The notes beneath the pieces are model-generated. The model saw nothing but the letters and a program-made list of their open reading frames with translations. It made no database searches and was not told where the DNA came from. Positions 12,314-22,421 of a stretch of DNA of 64,000 bases are shown here, one piece after another. Source of the DNA: Scyliorhinus canicula (lineage: Eukaryota); contig NW_024055479.1 of NCBI RefSeq assembly GCF_902713615.1, forward strand, positions 186,001-250,000, written 5' to 3'. The position numbers and the translations under genes were made by a program. Each line of letters begins with the position of its first letter. Positions within the stretch are counted from its first letter, which is position 1.

Positions 12314-12908
12314 GGGCGCGATTCTCCGCCCCCCACGATGGGTCGGAGAATAGCGGGAGGGCCTTCCCGACATTTTTCCCGACCTCCTGCTATTCCCCCC
12401 CCCCCCAACACGGCCGCTCCACGACACGAATTACTGCTCGCCGTTTTCTCCCCTAGCCGATGGGCCGATTTCCCAGGCCTTCACAGCCGTTTTCACGAAC
12501 TCCAACACACCTGCTCTCACAGTTCGTGAAAACGGCCGCAAAGTGCCGTTCTGGAGAACCATGCCACCGATTGGAACGGCCGTACCACGGCCGTGCCAAG
12601 GGTGGCAGGGGCACCGATCGCGGGCAGCGGGTCCGAACCCCGCGCACTCTTTGTTCCTCCGCCGCCCCGCTGGATCAGTCCATGGGGCGGCTGAGGGGCA
12701 TAACGGCCCGCGCATGCCGCCGTTAAACTTGGCGCGCGGGCTTAGCGAAGTTCACTAAGCCTGCGATGCCGAGGTTCACGGGGCCCCGCTGCTAGCCCCG
12801 ACCGGGGAGCAGAATCGGGTCCCGGGAAGGGGTGCGGAGGCTGCCGTGAAACACGGCCAGTTTCACGGCAGCCTTCACGACTCTCCGCATTTGCGGAGAA
12901 TCGCGCCC
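12314..12908. mobile_element. Non-autonomous DNA transposon (PIF/Harbinger-like MITE), GC-rich
   Basis: Perfect 16-bp TIRs GGGCGCGATTCTCCGC (12314-12329) and GCGGAGAATCGCGCCC (12893-12908); 3-bp AAT duplication on both sides; no coding capacity. Confidence 0.8.
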
Positions 12909-12909
12909 A

Positions 12910-14470
12910 ATGAATCTTTATAAAGCTCTGGTCACCACTCTTCAGGAAGAATGTGAAGGTTCTTGGAGAAGGTGCAGAGGAGATTTACCAGAATGGTTCC
13001 AGCAAAGGAGGTTGAGGGGAGATTTGATTCAGGTCCACAAGATTATGGCAGATTTCCATTGGGTGGACAAAGAAACTCTGTTTCCATTCACTGATCGTAC
13101 AAGCAATCGGGACACAGATTTAAAGTTTTGGGTAAAACCTGGATTGAACAAGATAAGAACCTGAGGGGTCTCGACAGGGTGGATGTGGAGAGGATGTGGA
13201 GTGGGCAGCATGGTAGCATTGTGGATAGCACAATCGCTTCACAGCTCCAGGGTCCCAGGTTCGATTCCGGCTTGGGTCACTGTCTGTACGGAGTCTGCAC
13301 ATCCTCCCCCGTGTGTGCGTGGGTTTCCTCCAGGTGCTCCGGTTTCCTCCCACAATCCAAAGTTGCGCATGGATTGGCCATGATAAATTGCCCTTAGTGT
13401 CCAGAATTGCCCTTAGTGTTGGGTGGGGTTACTGGGTTATGGGGATAGGGTGGAAGTGTTGAGCTTGGGTAGGGTGCTCTTTCCAGGAGCCGGTGCAGAC
13501 TCGATGGGCCGAAAGGCCTCCTTCTGCACTGTAAATTCTATTTAAAATAAAAGGATGTTTCCTCTTGTGGGAGAATCTGGAACAAGGGGGTCACTGTTGC
13601 AAAGTCAGGGGTCACCCATTCAAGATGGAGATGAGGATTTTTTTTCTCTTGAGGGTTGCAAGACAGGGGGTGGCATAGTGCTTAGCACTGCTGCCTCACA
13701 GCACCCGGGTTCAATTCCCAACCTGACGGTGTGGAGTTTGCACTTTCTCCCCGTGTCTGTGTGGGTTTCCTCCGGGTGCTCCGGTTTCCTCCCACAGTTC
13801 AAAGATGTGCAGGTTAGGTTGAATCGGTTAGGATTGTATTCGCTGGAGTTCAGAAGAATGAGGGGGGATCTCATAGAAACCTATAAAAAGTGGGTGGCAC
13901 GGTGTAGCAGTGGTTAGCACTGCTGCCTCATGTCGCCAAGGACTCAGGTTCAATCCCTGCCCCGGGTCACTGTCTGCGTGGAGTTTGCACCCTCTCCCTG
14001 TGTTTGCGTGGGTCTCACTCCACAAATCCAAAGATGTGCATGGTAGGTAGATTGGCCACGTTAAAACTGCCCCTTAATTGCAAAAAAAAAATTGGGCACT
14101 CTAAATTTATGTTTTAAAAAAAAACAGGGCGAGACAGAATAGATTCAGGAAGGATGTTCCCGATAATGGGTGTGTCCAGAAATAGGGGTCACAGTCTGAG
14201 GATACGGGGCAGACCTTTTAGGACAGAGATGAGGAGAACTTTCTTCACCCAGAGAGTGGTGAGCCTGTGGAATTCGTCGCTACAGGAACTAATTAAAGCC
14301 AAAACATTGCATGTTTTCAAGAAGTAGTTAGATACAGAACTTAGGGTGAAGGGGATCAAAGGATACGGGGGGAAAGCGGGATTAGGCTATTGAGCTGAAT
14401 CAGCTCCGATCGTAATGAATGGTGGAGCAGGCTCGAAGGGCCGAATGGCCTCCTGCTTCTATTTTCTATG
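12910..14470 (+). mobile_element. CR1-clade LINE 3' fragments interrupted by three V-SINE insertions (about 13203-13540, 13665-13815, 13890-14123)
   Basis: LYKALV...RRLRGDLIQVHKIM and LGLYSLEFRRMRGDLIETYK motifs; CR1 3' UTR GGCTCGAAGGGCCGAATGGCCTCCTGCTTCT; CR1 text resumes after each SINE. Confidence 0.8.
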
Positions 14471-15199
14471 TTGCTCCGTATCTATGCATGTAAATGGTCC
14501 AGGAGGTATGAGGAAGAATGTTTTTACACAGCCAGTGGCAATGACGTTAAACTTGCTGCTTATGACAGTGTTTGGAAATAGACACAATAAATTCTTTTTT
14601 TTATAAATTGGATAGAAACCTGAGAGAAATAAACCTGTGAGGATACAGAGCCAGAGCAGGAGAATGACTCTGACTGGATTGCTCCAGATAATAATAATCT
14701 TTATTAGTGCCACAAGTAGGTTTACATTAATGCTGCAATGATCAATGCACAGTCCAAAGATGTGCGGGTTAGGTGGATTGGCCATGCTAAATTGCCCGTA
14801 GTGTCCTAAAAAGTAAGGTTAGGCGGGGGGGGGGGGGGGGAAATTTTAACAATAAATTTAGAGTACCCAATTCATTTTTTCCAATCCACCTACCCTGCAC
14901 ATCTTTGGGCTGTGAGGGCGAAACACACGCAAACAATGTGCAAACTGCACATGGACAGTGACCCAGAGTCGGGATCGAACCTGGGACCTTGGCGCTGTGA
15001 GGCAGCAGTGCTACTCACTGCGCGACCGTGCTGCCAGCTGACTCTGACATTTTTGTCTAATCTCGCTTTGTAATTTAATCCCGGGGGGTTCAGATATCAC
15101 TCAGGTAAATCTGTGCCACACTCCCTCCGAGGCCATTCTATCCTTCCTCAGGATTGTTGCCCAGAACTGAACACAGTTCTCCAGGTTTGGTCTAACCAG

Positions 15200-15440
15200 G
15201 GTTTGTGAATCTCGGGGCTTTTCCAGTCACACTGAGACCTGAAATCTTCCCTCACAGACAGAACAGACAAACCTTTTACCTCCCACACCCAGATGCAGCT
15301 GAAATTCAGTTTCTAATGAATCGTGTGATTCTGTCAGATCGCGATGTGATGTTTGGTTTGCGTTTCCCGTCTGTTAAACCTCCACTTCCAGTATCCTGTA
15401 AATTTACAGAAACCTCACTGTTAGTTTAGGATAGAAATTC
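15200..15440 (-). pseudogene. 5' part of a C2H2 ZNF main exon (acceptor plus first degenerate finger), truncated by CR1
   Basis: Minus strand TTTACAG|GATACTGG acceptor, FVCSVC-like text and CAGTGTGACTGGAAAAGC motif shared with 20592. Confidence 0.5.
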
Positions 15441-15524
15441 ACCACATTTTCTCCTCACCAACTTTGATTAAATGTATTCCTGGAGGTTTGATCACATGAC
15501 CTGTCACCATCCTGGGTGGTGGTT

Positions 15525-15705
15525 TAGCACACTGGGCTAAATCGCTGGCTTTTGAAGCAGACCAAGGCAGGCCAGCAGCATGGTTCAATTCCCATACCAG
15601 CCTCCCCGAACAGACGCCGGAATGTGGCGACTAGTGGCTTTTCACAGTAACTTCATTGAAGCCTACTCGTGACAATAAGCAACTTTCATTTTCATTTCAT
15701 TTCCT
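15525..15705 (+). mobile_element. Short tRNA-derived SINE (about 180 bp, ATTTC tail)
   Basis: GGTTTAGCACACTGGGCTAAATCGCTGGC...GGTTCAATTCCC.TACCAGCCTCCCCGAACAG...GACAATAAGC; further copies at 28650-28772, 40620-40775 and 40895-41065 (-). Confidence 0.75.
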
Positions 15706-16546
15706 CCAGCCATTAATCGGTCAACACATCCATCCTTGTGACACACTGCCTTCCTCAGCCAATTGGGAAGCAAAAGGACTCCTGACCGACCAGGACAATG
15801 TTTGACTTGGGCAGCACAGTGGTGCAGTGGTTAGCATTGCTGTCTCACGGCACTGAGGTCACAGGTTTGCTCCGGGTCACTGACCATGTGGAGTTTGCAC
15901 ATTTCACCCCCACAACCCAAAGATGTGCAGGTTAGGTGGATTGGCTACGCTAAATTGCCCTTTAATTTGAAAAACTGAATTGGGAATTCTAAATTTATTT
16001 TTAAAAAGTAAAAAAGATTGACTGTCAGCCAAACAACCTTTATCCCATTTTCAATATTTTTATATCCGCTGAGGAGAAATGCTCAAAAGTATTTTTTACT
16101 GTCCTAATGACCCAAAATTAATATCTTTACTGTCCAATTCATGTTCCAGAGTGACAAAAATATTTTGTACTGTCCCAATGGTCTTCCTGCCTCCCAGATA
16201 TGAATCTCACCAAGACAGAAGGTAAAATTTGAATTCATTGAAAGTTTACTTTTTAAAAATAAATTGAGTGTACCCAATTCATTGTCACGCGACGCCTGTT
16301 CATCCACTGTCACAGCATCTGCAAGGTCTAGCCAATGTACCACGCTTCGGGGGCTTATTGGGAGTTTGTGAATCCTCCCCGCCCACCTGCCAGGGTTTCC
16401 TTCCCAGGCAGTTCCCTTCCAGTCGGGGAACACTTCAGCAGTCAAGGGCATTGAGCCTCTGATCTCCGGGTAAGCGTTCTAAGGCAGCCTTTAGGATGCA
16501 CGACAAAGCAGAATTGCCAAGCAGACTTATAGCCAAGTCCCGCACA

Positions 16547-16907
16547 CATGAGTACGGCCTCAACCGGGACCTTGGATTCATATCACATTACATTCACCGC
16601 CCCCCCCCCCCATCTGACCTGGGCTTGCGAAATGCTACCAACAGTCCAGGCTTGAGACAATTCACACTTCTTTAACCTGGATTCCACCTCTCTCTGGATC
16701 TGTCAAGACTTAATTACCTGCAAATGCTCGCATTCAAAGCATTGCCTGGCATCTTTGACTATGTATATATTTCTAGAACATACCTCTTCATTCACCTAAG
16801 GAGCAGTGCTCCAAAAGCTAGTGATTTCAAACAAACCTATTGGACATTAACCTGGTGTCAGACTTCTTACTGAGTTCACCCCAGTCCAACACCGGCATCT
16901 CCACATG
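16547..16907 (+). mobile_element. Penelope-like element 3' end plus pLTR with a decayed hammerhead motif
   Basis: THEYGLNRDLGFISHYIH (GIY-YIG C-terminal end) followed by 3' UTR and the pLTR ending CCCCAGTCCAACACCGGCATCTCCACAT. Confidence 0.8.
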
Positions 16908-16920
16908 ATTGTGAAGGGTT

Positions 16921-17460
16921 TGCTCCAGCTCTCAATGCCCGGGTACTGATTGACGGCAGATTCGGACCAATAGAAAGAGGGGGCGGCGCTGGAGGACCGA
17001 ACAAGGTCCTCCAGCCAATCAGAGTGAATGGGAGGCGGGGCAAACCCGGGCCTGTCTCGGGGAAAAGCCCGAGCAGCGATCGCCAATTCAACGCCCATAT
17101 CCGAGCTTCGTAATCCGAATTTGGGGCCTACACGGAGTGTTTATGAAACCTCCCGACCCATCCACCGGCTCCATCCCTCCCTTATGACTCACCGAGCTGA
17201 AATTGACCGGCTGAGAATTTCCACCCGACCGCCGAAATCCTGATCTATCATCGGCACTGCGCATGCTCCAATAAAGGATGGTGATTGGGGCTCAGTCACG
17301 TCCCTGATTCACTCTGATTGGCTGGAGGAGCAGCTGGGTCCTCCAGTCCCGCCAGTTTCTTTCTATTGGTCCAGGGCTGCCGTCAATCACTCCCCGGGCA
17401 TGGTGATGTGGAGCATGCGCAGTGCCGATGCTGGACTCAGCCGGGCGGTTTCATCGGAAT
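16921..17460 (-). promoter_or_regulatory. CpG-rich promoter-like region with multiple CCAAT boxes and NRF1-like GCGCATG motifs (candidate promoter of minus-strand ZNF unit)
   Basis: High CpG density versus surroundings; several CCAAT/ATTGG boxes; TGCGCATGCTCC near 17259 and GAGCATGCGCAG near 17411; GGAGGTTTCATAAACAC motif shared with the 19.9-kb promoter. Confidence 0.55.
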
Positions 17461-17576
17461 CAAATCCGCGTGAAATCACTGTGCCATCGTGGGGTAAAGG
17501 AGCAGAGGTACCTACGTGTATATGTGCAGAAGTCATTAAAGGTGGTAGGATAGGTGAAGAGAACAGTTAAGGCATA

Positions 17577-17860
17577 TGGGTCAGCACGGTAGCACAGTGG
17601 TTTCACAGCTCCAGGTTCGATTCCCAGCTGGGTCACTGTCTGTGTGGAGTCGGCACGCTCTCCCTGTATCTGCATGGCTTCCCTCTGGGTGCTCCAGTTG
17701 TCTCCCACAATTCCCGAAAGACGTGTTTGTTAGGTGAATTGCACATTCTGAATTCTACTTCCGTGAACCTGAACAGGTGCCAGAATGTGGTGACTTGGAG
17801 CTTTTCACAGTAACTTTGTTGCAGTGTTAATGTCAGCCTACTTGGTTCAATAAAAATTAT
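17577..17860 (+). mobile_element. V-SINE variant inserted in a CR1 fragment
   Basis: GCACGGTAGCACAGTGG head, V core, alternative tail; CR1-like text on both sides. Confidence 0.7.
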
Positions 17861-19689
17861 TAAAGGTTATTATAATATTCTATAAGAAGGGCATTGAGTA
17901 CAGTAGCAAGCTGGTTATGCTGAACTTATATGAGACACTAGCTAGACCACAGAACTATACACAATATTCCAACGGTGGTCCATGGTGGACTTCCTCCAAC
18001 TAACAACAGGAGATCCAGGAACAGGTAACAATAGTTAATTTCAATTCAAGCATGGAGGGAACTATCCCAGTGAAACGTCTGTAGGAGCACCTTCCCCTGA
18101 ACCAGATCTTTCACTTTCCCACCTAAATGTTTAATATTACCTGCCTGGAGCTCAGAAAGGAAAATTTGAAGAGTGGTGATCGTATGACATTGTCCACGAG
18201 CATGGTGACCATCCACATCTAGTCCCTTTTGGATAAAATCAAACATCGTACTTATTCTCAATCTAGTTATCAGACTTCTTAAATTTTGTACCTGACACAC
18301 TTATTTCCATAGTAACATAGATACCGTGCTTCCTTCCCTCAGTTCTGAATAGCCCATAAAAGACTTGTTCTTCCCAATTTATCCAGATCATCGTGTGGAA
18401 CGTCCCAATTAGTCTTCCTGCTGCATGACTGGATTAGTTTGGACACAGGTTCAGGTGCTGATAAACATCCTGGTGTTTCCTCAGCCACCAGAACTAATTA
18501 TGAGCATATGGGGACACGAAAGACAAAAACACTCCCCCAATTTGATCCCTAAACAAAAAATATTTTTGTAAGACATCAAGATATGACCCAAATCGAATTA
18601 GAGCCTCTTTGTGATAGAAAACCTCATCATGTAGGATTGGTGAGTCCTTGCTGTGAGAGATAAGGGAAAGTCTATCACCTCTTTACCATTCTCACGCTAG
18701 GGTATGGGTCCTGACAAGTGTTTTAAATCAGGTTTATCTGGAGTCTGTCATACCAGTGCCAATGATTGTACTTTGGGTGGATCCCATGGACCTTCCTCTA
18801 GAGCAGCATTCCTGGTGAGTCAGACTGCCTGGTTATTACCGTCACCCTCTTCACCAACTCCTCCTACTGATGTACCTTCACCTCGCAAATAACAACTAGT
18901 TCTGGACAATTACTAGCAACATCCGAAATCATTCAGAGTTTGAACTGGTGTGTGAGTGGTTTCCTTTCTGCTGTGGAGAAGCTGTGTGTTTTTTGCTAGA
19001 TAAATATGTTTTCACTGAGAGTGTTACAACTAATGGAGCTTTCAGAATTGTGGTTGATTCTGTCAACAGTTTCAAGGGCAATAATAATGATGATGTCCTC
19101 AGATTGATAGGCTAAATGCTGTCATGGTGTGGAGTTTGCACATTCTCCCGTGTTTGCATGGGTTTCGCCCCCACAACCGAAAGATGTGCAGGGTAGGTAG
19201 ATTGGCCACGCTAAATTGTCCGTTAATTGAAAAAATGAATTGGGTATTCTAAAAGAAAACGGGCAAATCATTTTTTTACACAGGGGTGAATGTGACTCTG
19301 AACAATCCAATAGGAAAACAGCAGATACACATTGTTCTCACTCTGCCAGCAGGGCTGTGGGATTCAATGAAGAGATCTTCCAAAGAGCCAGTACAAGTCT
19401 AATGGGCCAAACGACTTCCATTCATGCAGTATCATTCTGTGAAACACTGAATATTCAGTATCAGCAATAGAGAGAGAAAGAGAGAGGGACCAGTGACGGC
19501 GTGATTGAACCCAGCCAGAGTCAGTACCATGAGAGGAGGTAAGAGGGGAAACAGCATAGAAGCTTGAACACCTCTGCGTGGTCACACAAGAGAACACTGA
19601 GAAAACGGAACATAGTAGATCACCAATTCACAATTTGAGATTTTGAATTAATTAATCTCAAATCGTAACAAAGTTATTTGGTTGAGTGT

Positions 19690-20120
19690 TTCGGATTTGA
19701 TTGGTAGGACTATTACCAATCATTCCCTGCGGTTGTGAATGTGCCCTATTCACTCCACAGGAGGCCAGTGAGCAGGCGCAGTGCTGTATCCGGAGCATGC
19801 GCAGTGGTGTCTCCGGTGCATGAGCAGTCGAGGCTGTATCTGGAGCATGCGCATTGTCACTTTGTTCGGAGCCCTGCCAGTGCGGGAGCGCCTTTGTGGT
19901 GGTTAGAGTCGTGGGGCGGAGTGAGTAATGGAACTGTGAGTCCGGGTGGAGAGGGAACGGAGGCTTCATAAACACCTGGTACAATCCCCACGGCCGGAAT
20001 CATATCCTGCATGTCCCGAGTTTGCAGCTGCGGAGCTTCTATCCGGGAAAGGCCCAGTTCCAGCGGCGCCATCTCCGTTCAACAGGGAGCGGGGCGCATG
20101 CGCGGTCATTTTGGCGGAGC
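19690..20120 (+). promoter_or_regulatory. CpG-rich promoter-like region of plus-strand ZNF unit
   Basis: ATTGG/CCAAT boxes near 19700-19720; 50-bp-spaced direct repeat GCTGTATC(C/T)GGAGCATGCGCA at 19783 and 19833; GCGCATGCGC near 20095; GGGGCGG box; GGAGGCTTCATAAACAC motif. Confidence 0.55.
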
Positions 20121-20202
20121 AGCAGATTCAGGGTCCCGGTGACCAGGAGAGAAAATGTTTGAGTAAATGAAAGGTGCAAAATACGGGCGGCCTCTTTATA
20201 TG

Positions 20203-20330
20203 ATATGGAGATGCCAGCGTTGGACAGGGGTGGGCACAGTACGAAGTCTTAGTACACCGGGTTAAAGTCCAACAAGTTTGTTTTGAATGGCTAGCTTTCG
20301 GAGCACAGCTCCTTCCTCGGGTGAATGAGG
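20203..20330 (-). mobile_element. Penelope pLTR fragment with a mutated hammerhead motif
   Basis: Reverse complement of the pLTR; core reads CCGAGGA-AGGAGC-TGT-GCTCC-GAAAGCT. Confidence 0.7.
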
Positions 20331-20631
20331 AGAAAATTCTTCCCTCAGAGGGTGGATAGTTTTCGCAATTCTCTTCCCCAGAGAACAGTGGAGGCTGCAT
20401 CATTAAATATATTCGGAGCAGTGGGTGGAAAGTTACAGCATTTGCGGAATGAGATAGGAAAGCATGTTCCACAGTGAGTCATTTGTCTGTTCTGAATTTG
20501 TGAGCTGTACTGACAGTGATGACAATTCTAATCTCCTTTAATAGAATATTAAAAGCAAGATCTGACGGCGTCATTCGGCCACTTTACGATCAGTGTGACT
20601 GGAAAAGCACCGAGACACGGACACCAGCACC

Positions 20632-21390
20632 ATGAGGAAACCATGGAAATGTGGAGATTGTGGGAAGGGATTCACTTTCCCATCTGAGCTGGAAACTCAT
20701 CGAAGTACTCACACTGGGGAGAGACCGTTCACCTTCTCTCATTGTGGGAAGGGATTTACTAATTCGTCTGACTTGTTGAGACATCATCGAGTTCACTCTG
20801 GGAAGAGCCCATTCACCTGCTCCATGTGTGGCAAAGGATTCAGAGATTCATCCAGCCTGCTAACACATCAGCGAGTTCATACCGGGGAGAAGCCATTTAC
20901 CTGCTCAGTGTGTGGGAAGGGATTTACTAATTCATCCAACCAGCTGAGACATTAGCGAGTTCACACTGGGGAGAGACCATCCACCTGCTCCGAATGTGGG
21001 AAAGGATTTAGAGATTCATCCTGCCTAATGGCACATCAGCAAATTCACACTGAGGTGAGACCATTCACCTGCTTACTGTGTGGGAAGGGATTCACTAATT
21101 CATCCAACCTGCTGATACACCAGAGAGTTCACACTGGGGAAAGACCATTCTCCTGCTCTGTCTGTGGGAAGGGATTTACTATTTTATCCAACCTGCTGAC
21201 ACACCAGCGAGTTCACACTGGGGAAAGACCATTCACCTGCTCCGTGTGTGGCAAGGGATTTACCAATTCATTTAACTTGCTGACACACCAGCGAGTTCAC
21301 ACTGATGAGAAGCCGTTTATCTGCTCCGTGTGTGGGATAGGATTCAGAAATGCATCCCATCTGCGGAGGCACCAGCGAGTTCACAAGTAA
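20632..21390 (+). pseudogene. KRAB-less C2H2 zinc-finger gene B, 9 fingers, single in-frame TAG at 20953-20955
   Basis: ORFs 20632-20955 and 21028-21390 are in the same frame; the finger text continues across the stop ([11 protein letters not shown]); ends HQRVHK-TAA. Confidence 0.85.
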
Positions 21391-21639
21391 TTAGAGGCGT
21401 TGGATTCTGCTGTTAATCACATCCAGGACTGAACCATGTTCATTCTGACATTTGGTGAACAGGGAAGGTCAGAGGGTTTCCCTCTGGACTGGTCGGTCTT
21501 CCAATTTTCACTCCAGTGGACTGATTCTCTTTGAGCAAGAGCACATTTCCACTGCAATGATCTGCAAATGCAGATATAGTACATTAATTTTATCCTGTTT
21601 AGTAAATAGTCTTTCGTCTACCGCAAAAGGTGTCCTGTC

Positions 21640-21990
21640 TTGTCTTTCATCCGTCCTCATTCCGAGTGTTGGCCGCTGTCTAGACAATCTTTCTCACTGA
21701 TTTCTCCGCTGCTCTCACTGCCTGTCCCATCGAGAGGCCAGTCCACATTCTGATACTATCCACCCAGGCCACCTTGGGCTTTCCTTGTGCACAGTTTCCA
21801 GGTGCCTGGCATTACCTCTTTGTCCAAACACTCCCTTCCTATTCACAACACATGTCCAAAATACGTGAGCTTCCTTGATATCAGTGCCTCAAACAGGTTC
21901 CTCCGAACACCAACTTTCTCCAGCTCCCACTCATTCATCCACTTTGCCGTCCATGACAGACAGAATACCCGTCTGAGTCCTTTCAATCCT
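21640..21990 (-). mobile_element. RTE-clade LINE C-terminal fragment
   Basis: Minus strand reads KLTYFGHVL...CLDKEVMPG, resembling the RTE C-terminus KL.YFGH..R...LEK..M.G. Confidence 0.5.
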
Positions 21991-22084
21991 CTCCAAACTC
22001 TTTGAACTTGTTGTCGCCTGCCAAATCCTTACCCATCTTTTCAAGAACTCTCATGTTTTAATCCCTTCAATTAGGTCTCTGCCC

Positions 22085-22420
22085 TGTCACAGTAGTGAAA
22101 TGAGAGACAGACACAATCTCACCCGGAGAGAAGGACAGACAATCCGCGAGTTTGGACCCAACACTGATCTGTTCATAAGACCAGAAGACAAGGACAACAG
22201 CACAGTCATTATCGAGAGACAACAATATCTGCTGGAGACAGATAGGGAACTAAACAACATGAATCACAACACCAAGCTATCTAGACCCATATACCCAAGA
22301 GAATTGGAGACAAGCTGCAAGAACTCAGACTGCAGATACATTAACCAAACGGATGGAATATCTGAGGGGACAACAGGACGAACTAAGGAAGTTATATATA
22401 CTCCTTAAAATACACAAACA
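22085..22420 (+). mobile_element. Penelope-like RT N-terminal fragment (paralog of 9040-9360)
   Basis: NLTRREGQTIREFGPNTDLFIRPEDKDNSTVIIERQQYL. Confidence 0.6.
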
Positions 22421-22421
22421 C

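Noticed and set aside
17975-19100. Possible degraded retroviral or LTR coding sequence
   Set aside because: No recognisable gag, pol or env motif in any frame I could read; needs a translated search against repeat proteins.
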